Source of the DNA: Candidatus Heimdallarchaeota archaeon
GTDB lineage: Archaea > Asgardarchaeota > Heimdallarchaeia > Heimdallarchaeales > Heimdallarchaeaceae
Assembly: GCA_019057815.1 (NCBI GenBank)
Contig: JAHLWR010000020.1
Span: 1 to 64,000, forward strand
DNA length: 64,000 nt
Direction of reading: 5' to 3'
The position numbers were made by a program, and so were the translations under genes. The notes under the pieces are model-generated. The model saw only the letters and a program-made list of their open reading frames with translations, did no database searches and was not told the origin of the DNA. Each line of letters opens with the position of its first letter. Position 1 is the stretch's first letter. Below, one piece after another: positions 11,226 to 19,895 of this stretch.

Positions 11226-11631
11226 GTTTCCCTCGTTGAGCTTCTATATATTGATTAAGTCTATCAATAGAAACATTTCCTGTAGTAGCAATAAAATAGT
11301 TAGGACTCCAGAAATGGTCTCCCCATAGTTTATCGCGCAAAAACTTCGCATATTTTTTCCTTAAAAACCGAGAAGTATGCCCTTTAATTGAATTAATGTA
11401 TTTTGGTATATCTAGATTTGGCTTAGCTGAGATAAACAAATGAGCATGTTCAATTCCACATTCAATTTCCAATACCTCAACATCAAAAGTTTGACTTAAT
11501 TCTTTCACTTTATCTTTGAAATCTTCAATAATTCCAATATCCTCTAAGAAGGCCTTTTGTCGATATTTTACGACGAATATCAAATGGTAGTTAAGCGAAT
11601 ATACACGATGTGCTTCTTTCCGATATTTCAT
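11209..11631 (-). CDS. tnpA: IS200-like HUH Y1 transposase
   Basis: YHLIFVVKYR, HAH (HUH), FWSPNYF and catalytic YIEAQ. Confidence 0.95.
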   Translation of the reverse strand: MKYRKEAHRVYSLNYHLIFVVKYRQKAFLEDIGIIEDFKDKVKELSQTFDVEVLEIECGIEHAHLFISAKPNLDIPKYINSIKGHTSRFLRKKYAKFLRDKLWGDHFWSPNYFIATTGNVSIDRLNQYIEAQRGKLERED

Positions 11632-11738
11632 ATTTAGTTCCCTTATATAAATGGCTACTTATATTATTATATATCTATCCCATATAAGTTTATGTATTCC
11701 CATCCATGCCCTCAAGGACATGGCTTTAGTACTTATTT

Positions 11739-11836
11739 GTAAATGCAGCAAATACAGAATTATTACTTGGTGCAGGTGTTGCAGGTGCAATAAGAAGGAA
11801 AGGAGGGACCTTCTTTGCAAGAAGAATGTTATCAGA
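11739..11836 (+). pseudogene. Macrodomain gene, fragment 2 (frameshifted)
   Basis: VNAANTELLLGAGVAGAIRRKGG, then after one extra G, PSLQEECYQ. Cut at the GGTCAACAGAT repeat. Confidence 0.85.
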
Positions 11837-12064
11837 GGTCAACAGATAGTTTTATAAGGGAATCTTTTTGTCGAAAGAAAACTTCGACATAGTTCTGTTA
11901 ATAGGAGAAAAGGATAAAAAATGGAGTAAGAAAGGCTGAAATGGGAATATTTTGATAAAAGATTTTTGTCAATGGAAAGATTAGACTAAATTGTAGAATC
12001 GTTATTGGAAGAATTAGTTGCACAAAATATTTATTAGATAAAGAGTTTAGTTAAATGTGATTCT

Positions 12065-13741
12065 ATGAAAAAGAAAACAACAATAATTCTATTAATACTG
12101 GCATTGTCAATCTACGCTTCGAATATCAATGTACAAATAACTGCTGAAGAGAATGATTATAGACCTAATTCGTTAGAGTTGACACCTCATGATCCAATTG
12201 AAATAACAAGTGATAGTGATTTTGAGGTTTTTCCAGGAACAGGAACAGAAATAGATCCTTATGTTATTGAAGGATATAATATTACAACAACTGATGACAA
12301 TGGTATTTATATTACTTATACAACGAAATATTTTACTGTTCGTAACTGCTATGTTGAAGCAAGCAATAATGGTATTTATATCGATAATGTAGCTGAAGGA
12401 ACAGCAACTGTCATTAACAACACGTGCAACAACAATGGCTATGATGGCATCAAGATTGACTCTTCGGGGAGTTCGACTGTCATTAACAACACATGCAACA
12501 ATAACACCAGAGGTATCCGTCTTTACTATTCTGGGAGTTCGACTGTTACAAACAACACATGCAGCAATAACAACTATGGCATCTTGCTTTACTATTCTGG
12601 GAGTTCGACTGTTACAAACAACACATGCAACAATAACACCAGAGGCATCTACCTTGAGGATTCTGGCAGTTCGACGGTGGTAAATAACACTTTTACTAAT
12701 TGTGGCTTGGATATCTTTGAATATACCATTGATGCTTACCTCTCATATACTATCGAGAATAATTGGGTGAATGGTAAAAAACTGGGTTTTTACACTAACC
12801 TTGACTCTACGATAATTGAAGAACCAATTTATGGTCAATTAATATTAGTCAATTGTACTAATGTTACAGTACGTGACCAAATATTAAATAACGCTACAAT
12901 TGGATTATCTCTTGGATTCTGTACATCTTCAGCTATTATTAACAACACGTGCAGCAACAACATCATAGGTATCTATCTTCACTCTTCTGATAGTTTGACT
13001 GTCATTAACAACACTTGCAGCAACAATAACTATGGCATCTATCTTGACTTTTCTGATAGTTTGACTGTCATTAACAACACTTGCAACAACAATAACTCTA
13101 GTGGCATCTGGCTTTGGGATTCTAGGAGTTCGACGGTTGAAAAAAACACGTGCAACAATAACAACTATGGCATCAATCTTCACTCTTCTGGTAGTTCGCT
13201 TGTTAATAACAACACTTGTAGCAACAATAGCAACTATGGTATCAATCTTTACTCTTCTAGTGGTTCGACGGTTGAAAAAAACACATGCAACAACAATAAC
13301 AACTATGGCATCTATCTTGACTCTTCCGATTTTTGTGTCGTTACTTACAATCTTCTGCAAGAAAATGAAAACTATGGAGTATACTTAGAATCTAGATCTA
13401 ATAATAATCTTATTCACCATAATACCTTTGTAGACAATAATCTAGGAGGAACTTCTCAAGCGTATAATTCTGGTACTAACAACTATTGGTATGATACTTC
13501 AAAACAAGAGGGCAACTACTGGTCAGACTGGTCGGGAACTAGTTATTATTCTATTGATGGTGATGCTGATTCGGTTGATCTCTATCCTCTTGCTGAACCT
13601 GTTGAATCTACTTCATCTGAACACACTTCAGTTGAATCTACTACAGATGAAAATCCATTAAACTTCACATTTGCTCTCCTAATATTAGTAGTTTCCTTAA
13701 TACTCACAAGGATAATCTCAAAGAATGCAAAGAAAGAATAG
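12065..13741 (+). CDS. Secreted beta-helix (NosD/CASH-like) protein, paralog of 377-2281
   Basis: Signal peptide, LTPHDPIEITSDS...GTGTEIDPYVIEG, 22-23-aa NNTCxNN repeats, GNYWSD, C-terminal TM helix. Confidence 0.88.
   Translation: MKKKTTIILLILALSIYASNINVQITAEENDYRPNSLELTPHDPIEITSDSDFEVFPGTGTEIDPYVIEGYNITTTDDNGIYITYTTKYFTVRNCYVEASNNGIYIDNVAEGTATVINNTCNNNGYDGIKIDSSGSSTVINNTCNNNTRGIRLYYSGSSTVTNNTCSNNNYGILLYYSGSSTVTNNTCNNNTRGIYLEDSGSSTVVNNTFTNCGLDIFEYTIDAYLSYTIENNWVNGKKLGFYTNLDSTIIEEPIYGQLILVNCTNVTVRDQILNNATIGLSLGFCTSSAIINNTCSNNIIGIYLHSSDSLTVINNTCSNNNYGIYLDFSDSLTVINNTCNNNNSSGIWLWDSRSSTVEKNTCNNNNYGINLHSSGSSLVNNNTCSNNSNYGINLYSSSGSTVEKNTCNNNNNYGIYLDSSDFCVVTYNLLQENENYGVYLESRSNNNLIHHNTFVDNNLGGTSQAYNSGTNNYWYDTSKQEGNYWSDWSGTSYYSIDGDADSVDLYPLAEPVESTSSEHTSVESTTDENPLNFTFALLILVVSLILTRIISKNAKKE
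12410..13330 (+). repeat. Intragenic ~66-69-bp tandem repeats in two blocks (~12410-12690 and ~12935-13330)
   Basis: Near-identical DNA units such as TCGACTGTTACAAACAACACATGCA(A/G)CAATAAC. Confidence 0.8.
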
Positions 13742-13925
13742 ACTAGTGGTCATAAACTGAATAGAAGCGGAGTAATAGGAGTAAAACCTTCAACACTTCC
13801 TCTTTTTTCACCTTTATAATCAAATAATGGATATATAAGTAATCTAAACCTAAAGTCTGCTACCTATCTTTTATTCTTAACCCAATAATTAAAAGAACTA
13901 TAATTGGTGGAAGCTATGCAGATGG

Positions 13926-15428
13926 TTATTGGGATAGAAGAATTAGATTACTAAGAAAAAGAAGTTTTGGTTGATTTCTCACAGGATTAAGAGTTAATTT
14001 TTTCTTATTTCTAAAAATACATTGCACATAAACCTTCTTATTTTCTTTTATAGAGCCATTTTGAGGATTTAGTGTACTTCTCGTAATATTCTGTTTGATA
14101 AAATCATTTTGTTGCTCTACTATTGTACTTGAAATATTAGATATTGAAATAAATACATCTGCAGAATAGTGATCTGAACCTGTTTTAGCGTGATGTGTAT
14201 CCCCTGTTGTTGAATTAATTAAACTCTCTGTAAAAAATTGATTTACAATTATGTAATCTATCCTTGAATTGTACCTTGTATCTGTATGGCCATAAGTGTG
14301 ACCTATCTCTGTTGGGTTTAGAGTTCTAAAAACATCAGTAAAAGTATGTACAGTAGAAGAGTATTGTCCATAGACTGGGTCATCAGGGCAGAGGAGCATA
14401 GTTAAAGAACCATAACCCAAATCTCCTAATGTAGCCAAATCTCCTGTATCAAAAGGTGAGAATGAATTTATATCACCTAGATAGATAATCGGTACATCTC
14501 CTAAATCATCCATGTAATTAATTATCCCTTGTTGTTCTAACACTCTTCGCCAAGTGTTATTAGAAGATTGCGTATCTCCCATTGCCTTGAGATGAGTGCA
14601 TATGAAATGTGTAACCGTACCACTGATGTTAACAACAGCATCAATAAACGAATGAGTGACAATATATGGGCTACCATCGTCTAAAGTCACTGAAGGTATA
14701 TCTATGAAATTTATTATTGGATAACGGCTAAGTATTGCTTCACCAATGTAAAGGACAGTGTGGACTTGTGAAGTATACCCTCTAAATGGTGCTTCATCAT
14801 AGAAATGCATGTTGAAATCGTTAACATACCTCCTTAAACTTATACTATTACTATCGTCCAAATTGCCTGTCTCTATACATACCATGATATCAGGATTTTC
14901 TTCATAGACAACTTTTTTCCAATCGGGATTTTTTCCTCCTCCATCGATATTATATGCAATTAATTTGAAAATATCTGAAGGTGGATCATTGATGAAGCTA
15001 TCAACTATTACCACAAATTCAGTTTCATTAGCACAACCACTTGTACTAACAGCTTTTGCTAATAATGTATGTGGTCCATCGGAGAATTGTGCAGTATTCC
15101 AAACAGTTGAGTTCGTCTCTGAAAATAGAGTATTATCGATGTATATCGAATAGGCAAACTCCTCAGCTTCACAACTAGCATTTTTATCAGAGTAATATTT
15201 TTCTATTTCCCCCGAAGGATAAATAACAGTACTCTCTGTTGTAAAGCTAATGTTAACAACACCAGAAGAAAGTTTAGTAATTGATGTTTCATCAAATTGT
15301 ATGATAATAGAGACAACTGTAGAGTGCCTTAAACTAAAGTAAGTAATAAGACCTATAGACGAGGTAATAATAATAATAATACCAGCAATTATTGAAATTA
15401 TTTTAGTGTTTAACTTCATTTTTCTCAC
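13926..15428 (-). CDS. Membrane-anchored endonuclease/exonuclease/phosphatase (EEP) family protein with Ig-like domain
   Basis: AYNI, IET, THL, GDIN, RIDYI and SDH motifs; N-terminal TM helix. Confidence 0.85.
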   Translation of the reverse strand: MRKMKLNTKIISIIAGIIIIITSSIGLITYFSLRHSTVVSIIIQFDETSITKLSSGVVNISFTTESTVIYPSGEIEKYYSDKNASCEAEEFAYSIYIDNTLFSETNSTVWNTAQFSDGPHTLLAKAVSTSGCANETEFVVIVDSFINDPPSDIFKLIAYNIDGGGKNPDWKKVVYEENPDIMVCIETGNLDDSNSISLRRYVNDFNMHFYDEAPFRGYTSQVHTVLYIGEAILSRYPIINFIDIPSVTLDDGSPYIVTHSFIDAVVNISGTVTHFICTHLKAMGDTQSSNNTWRRVLEQQGIINYMDDLGDVPIIYLGDINSFSPFDTGDLATLGDLGYGSLTMLLCPDDPVYGQYSSTVHTFTDVFRTLNPTEIGHTYGHTDTRYNSRIDYIIVNQFFTESLINSTTGDTHHAKTGSDHYSADVFISISNISSTIVEQQNDFIKQNITRSTLNPQNGSIKENKKVYVQCIFRNKKKLTLNPVRNQPKLLFLSNLILLSQ

Positions 15429-15674
15429 AAGAAGGGTTTTTCTTTAAAGCGAAAAGTATTGAAATTCACAAATATTTCTAGAAGTTACTTTAGGCTTTAA
15501 AACTATCTGTTGACCTTAAATCTATGAGTTCTTATATTATTAAAATTATTTCTAAAATTAAATTTCTGACATTCTGATGTATAGAATTTTCACCGAAATA
15601 TTAATTAAGTGTGCTTACATATTTATATATTGTACGAAGATGATAACTATTTTCGTATTTATAGGGTGACAAAT

Positions 15675-16205
15675 ATGTTGAAAAAACGCAAATTGTTCTC
15701 TTTATGCCTAGGAATCATCATTTTCTCATCAGTTCTATGCATTCATCAATCTCAAGCTAGACGGAGTATTTTTGATGAAACCTGGTATGGAGAAGCTCTA
15801 GGAGATTTAGGAAATATTCATGTATCTTTACAGATTCAAGTGTACGATGATTAGCTAGTTAAAGTAACAGCTACATATTCTAAAGATCCAAGTGTGTGGT
15901 ATATACTCTTCGATTACATTGAAGTCTATGTACAAGGAGTATATTGGCAGAATCAGCAAGAGGAAGTTCCTACCTCAGGGGGAACAGGTTCAGCAGAGCA
16001 AACAGGAGACTTAACGCAATTTCTCTGGGAAATAGGAGCTTCATATTTAACTATTGTAGTTGGATTAGCGTTCAAGGCATACGGGAATGTAATGTTCGCA
16101 ACTCAAGGGTTGATTGTATTTCATTTTGGCATAGGACTCTGTGCTTTTGACGAAGTAGCTTTCCTTAACCCCTCAGCTTATTCACGCATGCGAAGAGGAT
16201 CTTGA
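15675..16205 (+). pseudogene. Secreted hypothetical protein with an in-frame TAG at 15852-15854
   Basis: The two track ORFs are in the same frame, separated by a single amber codon. Signal peptide present. Confidence 0.55.
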
Positions 16206-16612
16206 TTTTAAGAAATAGAATTTCCAAACTTTTTCTTATTTTTTTTTTATTATTATGATTAATCCATTTATTTCGCTAGAAAATACCATTAACTATTTTC
16301 TTCCCCATCTCTGCAAGGATTTGCTTTATTTTCTGAAAACACATTTATGTAAAATGTTGGTTAAGTGAACCTTTCAGGAATAGAATAATTTCATAAATGA
16401 TTGCAATAAAAATCATAGAGGTTAGTTGAAAGTAAAAGAAAAGTGAATATCTTCCTTATAACCACTATATTTAGGGGAGTAGTATGGAGAATTATGACAT
16501 TGAAGAAGTCCTAGATTTTTTCGAAACTAAAATTTTATATTCCGTAGAAAGAGTCGGACATATTGAAAGACGAACTAATGCCCTTCGAATGTTAAGCAAT
16601 TTAAAGGATCCT

Positions 16613-16906
16613 CTATATTCCTCTTTTGAAAAATCGGAAGTTAAGATAGTATAAACCTTTTTCATTAATATCGGAAAATGTTTTTAGAATTATTAAAAAA
16701 CCGTTGCTATGGATATAACCCGATTTAATAAGATGTATAATACCATTAACTTTTACAAAATCAGGATAATCAGAAAACCATATTTCGATATACCATTCAT
16801 CTTTTTTCTGTAAATAAAAATCACCGACATTAGCTTTATATTTTTCATTTAAGAAAATTGATATTGCTTCTAAAATTGTAGATTTTCCGCTATCATTTTT
16901 CCACAC
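16613..16906 (-). pseudogene. N-terminal relic of an OLD/AAA_15-type ABC ATPase
   Basis: (G)KNDSGKSTILEAI Walker A; ORF truncated at about 100 aa. Confidence 0.6.
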
Positions 16907-17077
16907 AAACTATATATTAACCATACCAAATTGTAATAATCAGATGAAAGAAAAAGAATCATCAACAATAATATTTTTGACTAAAATGTATCTTGCTCTT
17001 CTTCTAGGTTTGATTTCCCTCTTTCTTTTATCTAATAACTTCATAGTCGAACAAACTTTCGACAAAACTACCACATA

Positions 17078-17287
17078 TTTAAACTAAAGAATTCACCCTT
17101 TCCTTGAATAGGGACTGGTATTGGGGGTATTTCCAAGCAAATCGGTGCAAAGATTTTCACTGAAGTTTTACTTTCATATCTTAAAACTGACCCTCATATT
17201 TTTGAAGAAGTAGCTATTATCCTTTTTGACAAGCATGACTATGGTATATTCTTGGATGTTTTTAAAAAGGAATTAAAAGTTATTTAG
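17078..17287 (+). pseudogene. Macrodomain gene, fragment 3 (C-terminus, internal TGA)
   Basis: PFP*IGTGIGGISKQIGAKIF...FEEVAIILFD matches the FPxIGTGxxG loop and final strand. Confidence 0.8.
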
Positions 17288-17290
17288 ATA

Positions 17291-18028
17291 TCAGTAATCC
17301 TCAAGCTCGACATCTTCAGTAAATTCAATTTCGTCTTCGTCTTTATGCAATCTAGCCCTATCTTCCTTTATATCATCTACATGATCTTTAATCAATTCGT
17401 ATAAATCATCATAAGTATCTGCAATATATGGAGTATCTAACTCTGTTTCTAATGAATAACCCCATGTTACTCCAATACAAGGAATATTTAGAAAATCTGC
17501 AGCTTGAACATCATTAGGAAGATCTCCTACCAAAACACCTGATAATATACTATCTGAATCACAATTTTCATTTATTACAGTCATCTTATCTTCACCAGCC
17601 AACACCTTTTCAAAGGGAACTTTGTCACCAAACAATTTTTCGAGTATTTCCTCTGAAGTCTCTTCATTTTCAAATAATGGGTTCTGAGTTACTAGAATCA
17701 TTTGAAGATCTTCTATTTTTTGTACTTTTTCTAGAAACTCTATAATCCCTTCGTGTAATTTAATTTCTGAAGTAAAGAGTTCCTGTTGTAAAGTTCGCAT
17801 CTTTTTTCTTTTTGACAGAAGTTTGATAGGATTAACAGGATATTTGAAGAACAATTTCATGCTTACTCCTTTTTTTGAAGCGTCTTTATACATCTGAATA
17901 ACTTCATCTCGAGACAGTTCTTTATTGACAGACTGCTTAAATACTGCTTGAACTATTCCTACAGTATCTGCAATAGTACCTCCAAAATCAAAAAAAACGG
18001 GAATTCTCTTATCAGTCATGAATGTCAC
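17291..18028 (-). CDS. HAD superfamily hydrolase (phosphoglycolate phosphatase-like)
   Basis: FDFGGT motif I variant, VGDLPNDV motif, GVTWGY. Confidence 0.8.
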   Translation of the reverse strand: MTFMTDKRIPVFFDFGGTIADTVGIVQAVFKQSVNKELSRDEVIQMYKDASKKGVSMKLFFKYPVNPIKLLSKRKKMRTLQQELFTSEIKLHEGIIEFLEKVQKIEDLQMILVTQNPLFENEETSEEILEKLFGDKVPFEKVLAGEDKMTVINENCDSDSILSGVLVGDLPNDVQAADFLNIPCIGVTWGYSLETELDTPYIADTYDDLYELIKDHVDDIKEDRARLHKDEDEIEFTEDVELEDY

Positions 18029-18029
18029 T

Positions 18030-18788
18030 TCAATTTTTGTTTTTGTACATTTGTTTTAATATTTTTCTTTCTCTTGATATCTTTGTTTCTCTAATAATCC
18101 TATAAAATTCCCCTTTTCTAAAAAATATCCCCATAATAATTGAGAAGAAGAAATGAATAGCAGTTACTATGAGTCCCGTCTGATTCCCCCAAAGGAATAT
18201 CATTATCAATCCTGGTACTAATAACCATAAACTTGCTGATATAAAAGTTAAACTAAAAAAAAGTATTCGTTTATCTCCAGCTAGCAGATAGGAAGAGAAC
18301 TCCTTTTTTAAACAAGGTTGAGACATGTGTCCTATATAAAATCCTTCTAACTTTATCCCCAGAACTCCTCCTATTACAAACTGAGAAATTGGAAAACCAG
18401 CGCCTAAAATAATAATTTGCGATAAAAATCCCATTGCAATATTATCAATAAAAAATTTGATACTAGGTTTGAAGGTAAAAAAGAACGTGATTGTTCCACT
18501 TGTTTGCGAAAAAAAGAATAGTGTAGCGCCAAGACCCATTAGGAGAATAAACCAAATCAAACCATAAACTTTCGAAAAAGAAGAACCATGTTTTTTCTTG
18601 AAAATTTCATCTCTTGTTTCTTTACAGATATTTACTAAACTCTCTGAAGATAACACTTCAGGTCTTCTTTTCAATATGCCAACTATTCTGTAGAAGCGTT
18701 TACACCCATAATGAAAAGATGAATCCTCTCGTAACTCTTGTTGAATTTCTTTTAGCTGTTGAGTATAGTAATCAGGATTCAGAGACAT
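18030..18788 (-). CDS. Multi-pass membrane hypothetical protein
   Basis: About 4 hydrophobic helices. Confidence 0.6.
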   Translation of the reverse strand: MSLNPDYYTQQLKEIQQELREDSSFHYGCKRFYRIVGILKRRPEVLSSESLVNICKETRDEIFKKKHGSSFSKVYGLIWFILLMGLGATLFFFSQTSGTITFFFTFKPSIKFFIDNIAMGFLSQIIILGAGFPISQFVIGGVLGIKLEGFYIGHMSQPCLKKEFSSYLLAGDKRILFFSLTFISASLWLLVPGLIMIFLWGNQTGLIVTAIHFFFSIIMGIFFRKGEFYRIIRETKISRERKILKQMYKNKN

Positions 18789-18892
18789 AGCAATTTTCCT
18801 ATTCAGCGTTAGATATTAAATATAAAAAGAATAGTATATTTCTCTTCGTTTAAAAAGAGCATTTTCTTGACATAAGAAAAGAAAAGGAAAGA

Positions 18893-19894
18893 TTAGTACC
18901 AACTTGTTGATCTTCCAAATAATTTCTTTCTTGTTTTAGATCTTCTTGTTTCTTGATATCGTCCTTTGAATCCTAGTTGTAGTGTTCGAATAATTAGTAG
19001 TCCCCCAGTTATTGCCCCGAAGATACCAAAATATCCGAAAATTTGTTGCACTGCAAGATAGATACCAGCTAACCCGAGTAACCCAAAAAAGACTGATAAA
19101 GCGCTTATTTGTACCCAATATGAAGCAGAGCGAGGTGTTTTTGTTATTACAGTCCTTCCAGTAGCAGCTTCCATAATAGCGTCATAGTTTCGACCATGAA
19201 CTTCATACTTTAGGAAGTAAAAAGGTATATGCAGTTGGTAGATACTTTTAGCTATAGGATTATCTGTTACTTCTATAATTTGTGTTATTTCATTTAGAAT
19301 TAACACTTTGTGAATATTTCTCATAGAGTTAATAGCCTCTTGTTTAGCTTGATCCAAGTTAAATATACTTGGAACCACATCAGCTTTTATTTTCTTAGCT
19401 TCGTTTTTGTCATAGTAAACTTTTCCTCTAGTTGCAATTTGAAAATCAAGTAAGTATTGGTTAACTTCCTCTGCAGCGAAAATTATGAATTCACGTTCAT
19501 CATCAAAAACACCTTTTTCTGGTTTAAGATGGAATTTTATTCTCCTGTAACCAGATCTGTAGGGCCAGCTGTAAGTAGCGTATTCACCATTTCCTGTATA
19601 ATTTGATCGATTATGAACAGTAATTATCCAGTAGGGATAATACTTCAAACTAATTTCAGTAAATTTAAGAGATTTGTGTAAATCATCAGGAGCTCCAGGT
19701 TGCTTTAATAAATCTCCAATAAGTTCTGTTCTAATTTGTGATACATCATAAGCAACGGGTAGCATAAAGTGTTCAATTATTTTCTCTTTTTTACCTACTT
19801 TTGATTGAACTTTACAATAAGGACACTTTACAACACTCTGGGTTTCATCAACTTCCAGAGGTGCAGAACAATTTGGACATAAAATACTTCTCAT
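18893..19894 (-). CDS. Zinc-ribbon membrane protein (YdjG-like)
   Basis: CPNCSAPL...CPYC, YxPYW, LHIPFY and two C-terminal TM helices. Confidence 0.7.
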   Translation of the reverse strand: MRSILCPNCSAPLEVDETQSVVKCPYCKVQSKVGKKEKIIEHFMLPVAYDVSQIRTELIGDLLKQPGAPDDLHKSLKFTEISLKYYPYWIITVHNRSNYTGNGEYATYSWPYRSGYRRIKFHLKPEKGVFDDEREFIIFAAEEVNQYLLDFQIATRGKVYYDKNEAKKIKADVVPSIFNLDQAKQEAINSMRNIHKVLILNEITQIIEVTDNPIAKSIYQLHIPFYFLKYEVHGRNYDAIMEAATGRTVITKTPRSASYWVQISALSVFFGLLGLAGIYLAVQQIFGYFGIFGAITGGLLIIRTLQLGFKGRYQETRRSKTRKKLFGRSTSWY

Positions 19895-19895
19895 C

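Larger units (their letters stand above)
9949..11738 (-). mobile_element. IS200/IS605 family element (tnpA + tnpB), complete
   Basis: Removing it restores GAT GCA ATT|GTA AAT GCA (DAI|VNA). The right end finishes in TCAA and TTAC precedes the left end (minus strand). Subterminal hairpins at ~9957-9976 and ~11704-11723. No target duplication. Confidence 0.92.
11837..15515. mobile_element. Putative non-autonomous IR-bounded cargo element B (beta-helix gene + EEP gene)
   Basis: Perfect 18-bp inverted repeat GGTCAACAGATAGTTTTA at 11837-11854 and 15498-15515. Interrupts the macrodomain gene. No transposase inside. Confidence 0.7.

Noticed and set aside
12410-13330. AAC-rich repeats as a DGR template/variable region or CRISPR array
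   Set aside because: The repeats are in-frame Asn-rich coils. Differences are not adenine-specific, there are no unique spacers, and no RT or cas gene is in the window.
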